64,000 bases of DNA, taken from contig CAWBLU010000001.1 in NCBI GenBank assembly GCA_963789725.1, forward strand, positions 709,549 through 773,548. Direction: 5' to 3'. Every line of letters starts with the position of its first letter. The first letter of the stretch is position 1. Position numbers and translations under genes: made by a program. The notes under the pieces were generated by a model that saw only the letters and a program-made list of their open reading frames with translations, ran no database searches and had not been told where the DNA came from. This stretch comes from an uncultured Chloroflexia bacterium (GTDB lineage: Bacteria > Chloroflexota > Limnocylindria > Limnocylindrales > CSP1-4). Of the stretch, positions 1-8,247 are shown piece by piece.

Positions 1-927
1 GCCCTGCGGGACGATGACGATGGGAATGAACTGCAGGATCTGCAGCTCCGTACGGGCGAACGTCGACAGGAAGATGCCCAGCGAAACCGCGCCCAGGCCC
101 AGGACGAGGACCAGCAGGTAGGCGAGCAGCGGGTTGCCGATGGTTCGGACGCCCAGGCCGATAGCGAAGGCCGGAATGGGACCGAGCGCCGGGATGTCGA
201 AGCGACCAAGGACGAAGGCGAGCACAATGGCCACCTGGATGGTCGCGAAGAAGCCGAAGCCGAGGCTATAGCCGAGTACGATCTCGGCCCGGCTGACCGG
301 CGTCGCCAGCAGCCGTTCGAGCGTCCCGCCGATCCGTTCTCGCAGGAAGCTGATGCCGGTCAGGATGAACACGAAGAAGTAGGCGAAGAAGCCGACGACT
401 ACCGGCGCGAGCGTGTCGAGCTGGGTCGCATCCGGCGAGCCGTAGACGGTCGCCCGTTCGAACGTGGGCAGGGCAACCCCGAGCGTGTCCGCCATGGAGC
501 CGAGCAGCGCCTTCTGGATCGCCGGGACGACGGATGCCTCGCCGGGTGGATTGAGACCGAGCGTGAGCAGCTCGAACTTGCGGTTCTGGACGCTGAAGTC
601 GGCCGGGAGGAGGACGACCAGGTCGAGCCTCTTGTCTTCGAGCATCTGGCGGGCGGTCGAGTCGTCGGCGACCGAGCGATCGAGGGCGATGCCGGGCTGG
701 CCTTCGAGCGCGCCCTGGATCTTGGAGGCGAAGGCGCCTCCGGCCGGGGTGCCCGACTCATCGACGACCGCGATGCGAGCCGTGGTCGACTGCGAGCTGC
801 TCAGGACCCAGCCGAGCAGGGCGATGATCGCAAGCGGGGCGACAAAGAGAAGGGCGAGCGAGCGGGGGTCGCGGCGGAACTGGGCGACGATGCGGCGGAA
901 GACGGCGGCCACACGGAGCGGGTTCAT
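1..927 (-). CDS. ABC-2 type transporter permease, partial (C-terminus runs off the window start)
   Basis: Minus-strand frame from ATG at 927 reads MNPLRVAAVFRRIVAQFRRDPRSLALLFVAPLAIIALLGW... with several hydrophobic helices typical of ABC-2 permeases. Its ATG (927..925) overlaps the TGA of the upstream ATPase (926..924) in an ATGA junction. It is absent from the ORF track because no stop lies inside the window. Confidence 0.7.
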   Translation of the reverse strand, partial: MNPLRVAAVFRRIVAQFRRDPRSLALLFVAPLAIIALLGWVLSSSQSTTARIAVVDESGTPAGGAFASKIQGALEGQPGIALDRSVADDSTARQMLEDKRLDLVVLLPADFSVQNRKFELLTLGLNPPGEASVVPAIQKALLGSMADTLGVALPTFERATVYGSPDATQLDTLAPVVVGFFAYFFVFILTGISFLRERIGGTLERLLATPVSRAEIVLGYSLGFGFFATIQVAIVLAFVLGRFDIPALGPIPAFAIGLGVRTIGNPLLAYLLVLVLGLGAVSLGIFLSTFARTELQILQFIPIVIVPQG

Positions 928-1748
928 CGGGTGACCTCCTTCGAGCCGGCCGCGTGGGCGGGGTCCGCGGGGTCGGCGGGGTCGGAGCCGCCCGGGGTCT
1001 GAGCGGCGAAGCTCAGGAAGGCCGTCTCCAGGTTGTCGGTGGCGGCGCGCGCTCGCAACTGTTCCGGCGTTCCCTGCGCCAGGACATGCCCGCTCCGGAT
1101 GAAGAGCAGTTCGTCGCAGCGATCAGCCTCGTCCATCACGTGACTAGAGACAACCAGCGTGGCGCCGTCGGCGGCGAGCTTGTGGAAGTGGTCCCAGAAC
1201 TGGACCCGCAGGGCCGGATCCACGCCGACCGTAGGTTCGTCGAGGAAGATGACGCTCGGGTGGTGGGCCAGCGCGCACGCCATCGAGAGTCGGCGCCGCA
1301 TCCCACCGGAGAGGTCCTGGGCGGGCGTGCCGGCCCGCTTCTCCAGCTCGACGAATTCCAGGGTCGCCTTGAGCTGGGCCTTGTCGGTCTGGCCGTAGAG
1401 CGCCGCGAAGAACGTCAGATTCTCCCAGACCGAAAGCTCGGGGTAGATGCCGTCGGCCTGGGTCATGTAGCCGATGCGCGCCAGGTTGGTGCGCGACGGC
1501 ATCGCCACGCCCATGACCTTGACGGTCCCGCTGGTCGCGGAGGCGAGTCCGGTCAGCAGCCGGATCAGGGTCGTCTTGCCCGAGCCGTTGGGCCCGAGCA
1601 GCCCGTAGATCCTTCCCGGCGGCAGGCGCATGTCGATGCCGTCGACGGCATGTATCTCCCCGAAGTCTTTGCGGAGTGCGACCGCTTCCACCGCCGGCGG
1701 TGGCGGCGTCGGCGCCATGTCGGGTGAGGGCGCGGGAGCGACGGTCAT
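924..1748 (-). CDS. ABC transporter ATP-binding protein
   Basis: Walker A GLLGPNGSGKTT, signature LSGGMRRRLSMACAL and Walker B VIFLDEPTVGVD. The start overlaps the TetR stop in an ATGA junction at 1745-1748. Confidence 0.9.
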   Translation of the reverse strand: MTVAPAPSPDMAPTPPPPAVEAVALRKDFGEIHAVDGIDMRLPPGRIYGLLGPNGSGKTTLIRLLTGLASATSGTVKVMGVAMPSRTNLARIGYMTQADGIYPELSVWENLTFFAALYGQTDKAQLKATLEFVELEKRAGTPAQDLSGGMRRRLSMACALAHHPSVIFLDEPTVGVDPALRVQFWDHFHKLAADGATLVVSSHVMDEADRCDELLFIRSGHVLAQGTPEQLRARAATDNLETAFLSFAAQTPGGSDPADPADPAHAAGSKEVTR

Positions 1749-2575
1749 CGGTTGCCTCCTTGGCTGGCTTCAGGTCGGGCGGCGCCGCGGAGAAGCAGAT
1801 CCACGTACGCCTCGACGTTGTCTATGGCGGGAGTGATGCCGATTCGGGAGAGTTCCTCGAATACGGCAGGCCCGAGGACGATGAGCAGGAAGACGGGCCC
1901 GAACAGCGCCTGGATGAGCAGTGCCGGGTCGGTCTGGCGCAGATTTCCCTTCTGGATCTGGACCCCGAACCAGGCGATCATCAGCGGCGCACCCTGGCCT
2001 ACGATCTCGGACATGACGACGCGGGCCAACTCCGGGTCCCGCGACGAGTTGGCGGCGAGGTTTCGGACGAGGTCGGCTCGGGTCCGCATGGCGTCGTAAT
2101 AGGCGCGGGCGATGGCGATCAAGCCGTCTCTGGCGCTCAGCTCAACGGACGGTTCGATCTTCCCGCGCATCTCATCCACGGGGCTGACGCGCCGGGCGAC
2201 GGCTCGCAGCAGCTCCGCGCGATCATCGAAGTGGTGGTAGAAGGCGCCCTTCGTCAGGCCCGCTTCAGCGGCGATGGCCTCGATCGAGATCTGGCCGCCC
2301 CCGGGGCGGGAGAGGAGGCGGACGGCGGCATCGATGAGGCGATCGCGGGTCGGCTCGTCTCGTGCGGTCGTGGTGTCGAGGCCATCGGCGGCCAGAGCGG
2401 CGCGGAGGCCTCGCAGCCCACCGAAGTAGTGATGAACGGTCTGGCGGGAGACGCCGGCCTCGGCAGCCACGTCCTGGACCGACAGGGCAGCGGGGTCGGC
2501 CTGGAACCGGCGGCGAGCGGCTTCCAGGATCGCGTCCCGGGTTGGCTGCGCGATTGGGCTCGACTGGTCAGACAT
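1745..2575 (-). CDS. TetR family transcriptional regulator with two tandem TetR_N-like HTH segments
   Basis: Start chosen at ATG 2575 (MSDQSSPIAQ...); the ORF-track extension to 2809 only translates the 14-bp repeat array. There are two HTH-like stretches, LSVQDVAAEAGVSRQTVHHYFGG and ISIEAIAAEAGLTKGAFYHHFDD, followed by a roughly 150 aa ligand-type domain. It is the first gene of the TetR-ABC ATPase-permease operon. Confidence 0.8.
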   Translation of the reverse strand: MSDQSSPIAQPTRDAILEAARRRFQADPAALSVQDVAAEAGVSRQTVHHYFGGLRGLRAALAADGLDTTTARDEPTRDRLIDAAVRLLSRPGGGQISIEAIAAEAGLTKGAFYHHFDDRAELLRAVARRVSPVDEMRGKIEPSVELSARDGLIAIARAYYDAMRTRADLVRNLAANSSRDPELARVVMSEIVGQGAPLMIAWFGVQIQKGNLRQTDPALLIQALFGPVFLLIVLGPAVFEELSRIGITPAIDNVEAYVDLLLRGAARPEASQGGNR

Positions 2576-2617
2576 ACGTACCAGTATGCATGTCGTGTCA
2601 AGTGCTTGTTTGGGTGG

Positions 2618-2814
2618 TCCCGACACCCGCGCCCCCGACACCCGCGCCCCGACACCCGCGCCCCGACACCCGCGCCCCGACACCCGCGCCCCGACACCCG
2701 CGCCCCGACACCCGCGCCCCGACACCCGCGCCCCGACACCCGCGCCCCGACACCCGCGCCCCGACACCCGCGCCCCGACACCCGCGCCCCGACACCCGCG
2801 CCCCGACACCCGCG
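2618..2814. repeat. Perfect tandem repeat, 14-bp unit ccccgacacccgcg x14 (first two units are 14 and 15 bp)
   Basis: Read directly from the sequence. The array is intergenic, about 40 bp upstream of the tetR ATG, and has no spacers. The tetR coding strand therefore reads (cgcgggtgtcgggg)n. Confidence 0.9.
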
Positions 2815-3069
2815 CCTTCTCAATATCACCCGGGCTGCTGCTACGCCGAGTACCGGGCCGAATGCCTGCTCAATATCAGCCCGGCGAATGCTGAGGTGCG
2901 TTGGGCCGCCCGCTCGGCCACGGCCGGTGCCTGGGCCGGCGGTTCGAGCGTGAGCAGGACAGCGTCGCCGACCTTTCTGCTCCGCGAGTGTGAAACGGCG
3001 GCTTCGCGGCTGCTTTGGATCACCCAGGATGATTCTGAGCAGGTTTGAGTTGGTGTCTGCCCGCCCTGG

Positions 3070-3858
3070 CTATGGCGCGCTCACCGCCGCGTCCACCGGC
3101 CGGCGGAGCAGCCGCAGAGATGCGGTCTGGACGGCGATGACCGCCAGCAGGCCCGCGCCGAAAGCGACGCCGAGACCCAGCTGTTCGATCGTGGAGTTGA
3201 TTACGAGGAAGAACACGATCGTGCCGAAGAGGCCCATCTGAAGCCCTCGAACGACATGGATCGCCGAGCCCGGTCCTTCGAGGTGGTGGGCAAAGACCGC
3301 CAGGACTGTGACATAAACTGGCAGCGCGGCCAGCAGTCCGCTGAGCGAGGGGCCCAGCGTTTCGGCGGCGGCGGTGATCGCCAGCACGATGCCGGTGCCG
3401 ACGATCATCCGGGCGGGGATGTCCCAGGCCGGCGCGGGGGCGATGTCAATCCCCTCGGGCGCGGGAACCGCCAGCGCCAGGCAGACGATCATCACCACGG
3501 CGACCACGGCGAACACGACCACCGCCGGCTCGGCCAGCACGGGCTGCATGGCCAGTGCCGCCGCGGCAAATGCGCCCAAACCGCAGGCCACCGACACCGG
3601 CCAGCCCGCCCGGCGCGCGACCAGTCCGTACGCCAGGGCGAAGGTGGCGTCGCCGAGCAGCCCCGCGATCGAACCCTTGGCCGAACCCGCAGCGAAAGCG
3701 TTCCCCTGGCCCAGGGCAAGGTAGAGAGCGACGGGCCCGGATGTGAGCGGCAGGGCCACGATCCAGCCCCCGACCGCGGGCCCCCAGCGTCGCGCCGCCA
3801 GGCTCACCCCACCGATGAGCAGGGGCGTAAGGCTGAGTTTGAGCAAGAGAAGGGCCAC
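3070..3858 (-). CDS. Polytopic membrane protein of unknown function, paralog A
   Basis: GTG start at 3858 chosen so the N-terminus aligns in length with paralog B (VALLLLKLSLTPLLIGGVSLAARRWGPAVGG vs MIDLFFKIGLPVVMIGIVTLAGHRYGPAVGG). About 8 hydrophobic helices. The first ~100 codons of ORF 3070..4149 are Arg-rich out-of-frame junk. Confidence 0.6.
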   Translation of the reverse strand: MALLLLKLSLTPLLIGGVSLAARRWGPAVGGWIVALPLTSGPVALYLALGQGNAFAAGSAKGSIAGLLGDATFALAYGLVARRAGWPVSVACGLGAFAAAALAMQPVLAEPAVVVFAVVAVVMIVCLALAVPAPEGIDIAPAPAWDIPARMIVGTGIVLAITAAAETLGPSLSGLLAALPVYVTVLAVFAHHLEGPGSAIHVVRGLQMGLFGTIVFFLVINSTIEQLGLGVAFGAGLLAVIAVQTASLRLLRRPVDAAVSAP

Positions 3859-3925
3859 GAACGGAAGGGTATCGGATTGCAGTGTTAGGTCGCCCGGCGC
3901 CGGACGGGCCCAGTCGCTCCAGGCG

Positions 3926-4396
3926 TCAGCGTCCGGAGAATCGCCTGATCTCGCTCGCCATCGCCGCCGAGAATGTCGGCAATGCGGCCGCCACCGGCTC
4001 CGACAGCTCCTCGCCGAACGAGAACTCCGCGCCGCCGATGCCGACGAATACGCCGTCGAGCGGTGCTCCTCGCATCTCCTCGGCGAGGGCCAGGACCTGG
4101 TCGGGGGGCAGCGAATGGGATGAGGCCGGAGTCGCCGCCGCGCGCCCAACGATCTCGGCGAGCGGCAGGACGACGACCTGCCCGGCCGCGATTCCGACCG
4201 CGGCGTCGGCGACGATCAGTGGCGCTCCCAGAGGAACCTCGAGCAGCGCGTCGACCGACAGCTGACCGATCTCCGAGATTTCTGCAAGGGCCACCGTTCC
4301 CGGATCCAGACCCTCGGCCGCCAGCAGAGCCGCCCCGTCGTCGCGGCGCAACCGCTCGCCGCAGACGAGCACCACGACCGGTTGCGTCGGGGTCAC
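3926..4396 (-). CDS. [NiFe]-hydrogenase maturation endopeptidase (HyaD/HoxW/HycI family)
   Basis: The frame within ORF 3926..5476 reads VTPTQPVVVLVCGERLRRDDGAALLAAEGL...IVADAAVGIAAGQVVVLP...SHSLPPDQVLALAEEMRGAP, matching the family pattern VLGxGNxLxxDDGxG...DAxxxGxxPG...SxHxL. The GTG at 4396 overlaps the paralog B stop (GTGA). About 156 aa. Confidence 0.7.
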   Translation of the reverse strand: MTPTQPVVVLVCGERLRRDDGAALLAAEGLDPGTVALAEISEIGQLSVDALLEVPLGAPLIVADAAVGIAAGQVVVLPLAEIVGRAAATPASSHSLPPDQVLALAEEMRGAPLDGVFVGIGGAEFSFGEELSEPVAAALPTFSAAMASEIRRFSGR

Positions 4397-5220
4397 TCGG
4401 CCGCCTCGGGCAGAGCCAATTCGTCGGCTAACTGAGCCTCGACCTCGGCCGCCGGACGGCGCGCCCGGAAGGCGGACCGCAGCTCCACGAATTGCACGAC
4501 GACCACGGCGCATCCCGCCAGGGCGAACGATCGCACGACCCCCAGCGGCTCGAGTGTCGCCGCGACGACCGTCAGAAAGGCGGCGAAGCCCAGTAATCCG
4601 TGAGTCAGGCCGCGCATCACTCCGACCGTCCGGTCCGGTCCTTCCTGCGCGTGAGTGAAGAGCGCCATGACGGCGGCAATCGTTGGGATCGTGGTCAGCA
4701 TGCCGCTCAACGTCGCCCCGAGGCGTGGGCCGGCGGTTGTCACGAAGACCACCATGGCCGCGCCGGCGATCATGCGAGTTGGCAGATCGGACCTGGCGGT
4801 GGCACGGCGCGGCATCGGCGGCGCCTTCGGCAGCAGGCGGCGCGAAACCAGCAGGACGGCCATGGTGGCGACAAACGCCGGGGCCAGTCCCCAGGCCGAG
4901 ATGGGCAGCATGGCCGCCCATGTCACGGCAAACGCCGCGTAGGCCCCGGCACCTGCCACCGACCAGCTGAAACGGCGGCACATCAGGGCATAGGCAAGGC
5001 AGAAGACGCCGCATCCTGCGGCACCGCCGAGCGACGCGGCGGCGGACTTGGCGGCGAACGACGTGTTCTGCTCCAGAGCCAGGAACAGGAGGATCGGGCC
5101 GCCCTTGGCCGGGACGGCGCTGAGAATGCCGCCGACGGCCGGGCCGTAGCGGTGGCCGGCGAGCGTGACGATGCCGATCATCACGACCGGCAGTCCGATC
5201 TTGAAGAAGAGGTCGATCAT
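4393..5220 (-). CDS. Polytopic membrane protein of unknown function, paralog B
   Basis: Start ATG at 5220 (MIDLFFKIGLPVVMIGIV...). Clearly paralogous to the 3070..3858 product, sharing GPAVGG, ALFTHAQEGP/AVFAHHLEGP and VMRGLTHGL/VVRGLQMGL blocks. The ORF-track extension to 5598 is just the translated 61-bp repeat. Confidence 0.65.
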   Translation of the reverse strand: MIDLFFKIGLPVVMIGIVTLAGHRYGPAVGGILSAVPAKGGPILLFLALEQNTSFAAKSAAASLGGAAGCGVFCLAYALMCRRFSWSVAGAGAYAAFAVTWAAMLPISAWGLAPAFVATMAVLLVSRRLLPKAPPMPRRATARSDLPTRMIAGAAMVVFVTTAGPRLGATLSGMLTTIPTIAAVMALFTHAQEGPDRTVGVMRGLTHGLLGFAAFLTVVAATLEPLGVVRSFALAGCAVVVVQFVELRSAFRARRPAAEVEAQLADELALPEAAE

Positions 5221-5229
5221 GTGCGGCCC

Positions 5230-5657
5230 CACGGTAACCGCCGGAGCGTTCGGCCGCCCAGTCGTCGGCTTCGCCTGGTCCGGAGGGCCCCACGGTAACC
5301 GCCGGAGCGTTCGGCCGCCCAGTCGTCGGCTTCGCCTGGTCCGGAGGGCCCCACGGTAACCGCCGGAGCGTTCGGCCGCCCAGTCGTCGGCTTCGCCTGG
5401 TCCGGAGGGCCCCACGGTAACCGCCGGAGCGTTCGGCCGCCCAGTCGTCGGCTTCGCCTGGTCCGGAGGGCCCCACGGTAACCGCCGGAGCGTTCGGCCG
5501 CCCAGTCGTCGGCTTCGCCTGGTCCGGAGGGCCCCACGGTAACCGCCGGAGCGTTCGGCCGCCCAGTCGTCGGCTTCGCCTGGTCCGGAGAGCCCCACGG
5601 TAACCGCCGGAGCGTTCGGCCGCCCAGTCGTCGGCTTCGCCTGGTCCGGAGAGCCCC
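5230..5657. repeat. Perfect tandem repeat, 61-bp unit x7 (cacggtaaccgccggagcgttcggccgcccagtcgtcggcttcgcctggtccggagggccc)
   Basis: Period of 61 confirmed at 5230, 5291, 5352, 5413, 5474, 5535 and 5596. The last two copies carry gagagcc in place of gagggcc. The array lies between the hydrogenase large-subunit stop (5696) and the paralog B start (5220). Since 61 is not a multiple of 3, it is non-coding. Confidence 0.9.
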
Positions 5658-5695
5658 AGGCTGGCCGGTTGGACGATATCCGGCTCCGCGATCGG

Positions 5696-7009
5696 TCAGT
5701 CGCGCTCGACTTCCAGTTTGAGGAAGTGCGTGGCGCAGCTGATGCAGGGGTCGTAGGAGCGGATCAGCTGCTCCAAGCGGATAGTCGCCTCGGCATGGGG
5801 CAGGGTCAGGACCTGAGGAGCGAACTCCGCCAGGTCCGCCTCGATCATGCCCTGGTTCTGGCCGGTGGGGGCAATGATCTGGGCGGCTTCGATCTTGCCG
5901 TTGTCGTCGAGGTCGTAGTGGTGCCAGCAGATGCCGCGCGGCGCCTCGGTGCCCCAGCCGGTGTCGCCGCCGCGCGGGGTCCAGGGCGTGAAGGGTCTGG
6001 CCGGCTCTTCGTACGAGTTGACGATGTCCAGCGCCGAAGCGGAGGCGTGGATCAGCTCAACCGATCGTGCCGCTATCGCCCAGTACGGGTTTCGCGCGAT
6101 CTGCCTGGCCAGGCCGCTCGCGTGGAGAGCCTCGGCCGCCAGGGGGTGGAGCTGGTCGGCGTTGAGAGTTACACGCGCCGACGGACCCAGCATGTATAGC
6201 TTGCCGTCGAGAGTGCGAGCGTGGAGGGCGTTCGTGCCTTCGTGGTGCTCTTCGTGGAAGGCCTCGCGCCAGCCCCACAGCGGCACGTCGATGCCGTCGG
6301 TGGAGACGATCCGGCCCTCGTTCAGGCCGTACTCGATCGGATGCTTGATGGCCACGTAGTGCGGGTCGCGCTCGAACTTGGGCGCCTTGAACGCGGCCAC
6401 GAGCTTGAGCGTCGCGTGAGAGAGCGCCAGCGCCTCCGTCAGGGGCGCCCGAAGGGCCTGGATCTGGTCCCGGCTCGGGGTCCTGGAAAACCCGCCGACG
6501 CGCATCGAGACCGGGTGGATCGCCCGGCCTCCGATGAGCTTCATGATCTCGTTGCCGGTCCGCTTGAGCCTCAGCGCCTGCTCGACGACGGGCTTGTGGT
6601 CGCGCGCCATGGCGATCGCGCTCTCGTAGCCCAGGAAGTCCGGGGCGTGGAGCATGTAGACGTGGAGGGCGTGGCTCTCGATCCATTCGCCCCAATAGAA
6701 GAGCTTGCGCAGGGCTCGAACCTGGGGGTCGATCTCGACCTCGAAAAGGTGCTCGAAGGCCATTGCGGAGCTCATCTGGTAGGCCACCGGACAGATGCCG
6801 CAAATTCGAGCCGTGATGTCGACTACTTCGTTGGGCGTCCTGCCGACGACGAGCTTCTCGAAGTAGCGCGGTGCCTCGAAGATGGAGAGGCTCGCCTCGC
6901 GGACTTCGCCGTCGGTTATGCGCAGCTTTAGCGTGCCCTCGCCCTCGACGCGCGCGATCCCGACAACCTCGAAGTTGCGCTCACCCGTCGTCGTTCCTGC
7001 CTTTGGCAT
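5696..7009 (-). CDS. [NiFe]-hydrogenase large (catalytic) subunit, group 3-like, 437 aa
   Basis: N-terminal RVEGEG...RICGICPVAY (RxCGxC), EAPRG, and C-terminal DPCISCATH followed by the cleavable tail FLKLEVERD. The size and motifs fit soluble group 3 enzymes. No small-subunit gene lies upstream. Confidence 0.85.
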   Translation of the reverse strand: MPKAGTTTGERNFEVVGIARVEGEGTLKLRITDGEVREASLSIFEAPRYFEKLVVGRTPNEVVDITARICGICPVAYQMSSAMAFEHLFEVEIDPQVRALRKLFYWGEWIESHALHVYMLHAPDFLGYESAIAMARDHKPVVEQALRLKRTGNEIMKLIGGRAIHPVSMRVGGFSRTPSRDQIQALRAPLTEALALSHATLKLVAAFKAPKFERDPHYVAIKHPIEYGLNEGRIVSTDGIDVPLWGWREAFHEEHHEGTNALHARTLDGKLYMLGPSARVTLNADQLHPLAAEALHASGLARQIARNPYWAIAARSVELIHASASALDIVNSYEEPARPFTPWTPRGGDTGWGTEAPRGICWHHYDLDDNGKIEAAQIIAPTGQNQGMIEADLAEFAPQVLTLPHAEATIRLEQLIRSYDPCISCATHFLKLEVERD

Positions 7010-7169
7010 TCGGTTCTACCACCTGGCTGATCTCGCCCGCCCACAGACCCGGGCGTTCCGAGGTTGCCGCATCGCCGCCCGGCCGGGCTAGGGCCGTTTG
7101 TCGTGCCGGAGCGTGCCCCGCGTTCCGAGGCCGGCTCGGACAGGGTGGTTGGACGAGGTGGGGTCCGGA

Positions 7170-8069
7170 TCAGCCCGCGGCCGGCCCGCAGGCTGACTCG
7201 TTGGGATAGACGGGTCGCACGGCGGCCGAATAGGCCCCGCTCGGCGCGCTCCAGACGGTCATCGGCGTCGCCGTCACGGCGACGGTCGTGAACGCTGCGA
7301 GGTCGGCACCGGAGACGGCGACGCAGGTCGTGCCGTCGACCAGCGTCGGCCGCCCGCCCGTGGCGGGATCCACAGACAGCGGCCACGTTACGGTGGGCGA
7401 GGTGGAATCGCCGGGCGATTGCGGCCCGGCCGTCATGAAGACTGCCAGGGCCGTGGGCTCGTAGGCACCGTCGTCTCCGACCGCGCGGCCCAGGAAGGTT
7501 GAGAGGTCGAGGATCTTGGTCTCGAAATCGAGCAGCTTCTCGCGAGCGGCAGCCGTGGCCGGGTCTGGGGCCGGGATGTCGAGGCCGAGTCCACCGGCGG
7601 TGATGGTGTGGACTCTGCCACCGACAATCGTGGTGAACACCGTGTCGCTGGCGTCGGGAGTTCCGACCGACCGGTAGTTCATGTCCGGCCCCAGCAGGCC
7701 GTCGGCATCCGCGGCGGCCACGATCTTCTGGATCTCCGCCACCGTGACGTGCATGACTCGGAGGTTGGGGATGAGCGGAGCCGGGTCGGCGGTGGGGAAG
7801 GGGCCCGGGACTATCAGCGTGCCGTCACCGTAGAGCGCAAGGCGGGGGGTCCTCACCAGTAGGTACCCGGGGCCTACGAATCCGCCCTCGTCCGCCAGCC
7901 GAAAGATGAGCTGGTCCGCCCCGGTTGCGACCTGGTAGCCGGGTGTGGCGGTCGACGCCGCCGATGGGGCCGCCGAGGCGGATTGGCCGGCGGACGGATC
8001 CCCGGTCGCGGCGCTCGCGCACGCCGCTACGAGAAACGAGACTGCCAGGAGCGACGGGAGCGCGCGCAT
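7170..8069 (-). CDS. Secreted lipoprotein, hypothetical
   Basis: Start ATG at 8069: MRALPSLLAVSFLVAACASA, which is a signal peptide plus lipobox LVAAC. The ORF-track N-terminal extension to 8249 is Arg-rich junk. Confidence 0.6.
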   Translation of the reverse strand: MRALPSLLAVSFLVAACASAATGDPSAGQSASAAPSAASTATPGYQVATGADQLIFRLADEGGFVGPGYLLVRTPRLALYGDGTLIVPGPFPTADPAPLIPNLRVMHVTVAEIQKIVAAADADGLLGPDMNYRSVGTPDASDTVFTTIVGGRVHTITAGGLGLDIPAPDPATAAAREKLLDFETKILDLSTFLGRAVGDDGAYEPTALAVFMTAGPQSPGDSTSPTVTWPLSVDPATGGRPTLVDGTTCVAVSGADLAAFTTVAVTATPMTVWSAPSGAYSAAVRPVYPNESACGPAAG

Positions 8070-8247
8070 CGTGTGTTGCCTCAACGTTGGTGTGCGCGCG
8101 GGATGGCGCACGTCTCCACGCCCGACGCAGCCGAGGTGACGGCGGTTCCGCGGAGTCGCCTGATGAAACGGCAGGCCGGGCGCGCGCTGCCACGGCCCCG
8201 GCGTCCCATGCGTGGAACCCGGCCGGTGACTGTGGCCGCGGCTCACC

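Noticed and set aside
1676-2953. 425-aa plus-strand ORF (and 2362..3048, 2586..2894) with PRHPRPDTRAPTPA repeats
   Set aside because: It is simply the 14-bp tandem array read in frame, antisense to the real TetR gene, and Arg/Pro-rich outside the repeat. An artefact of the repeat plus high GC.
3926-5476. 516-aa minus-strand ORF (and 4393..5598 extension, 5217..5537) with a 61-aa periodic sequence GPSGPGEADDWAAERSGGYRGA...
   Set aside because: The periodicity is the 61-bp array read through all three phases. It is out of frame with the real membrane gene, and only its last ~150 codons are real, as the maturation protease, which is called separately.
2618-5657. The two repeat arrays as CRISPR
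   Set aside because: These are perfect head-to-tail tandem copies with no unique spacers, and there are no cas genes. They are minisatellites, not CRISPR.
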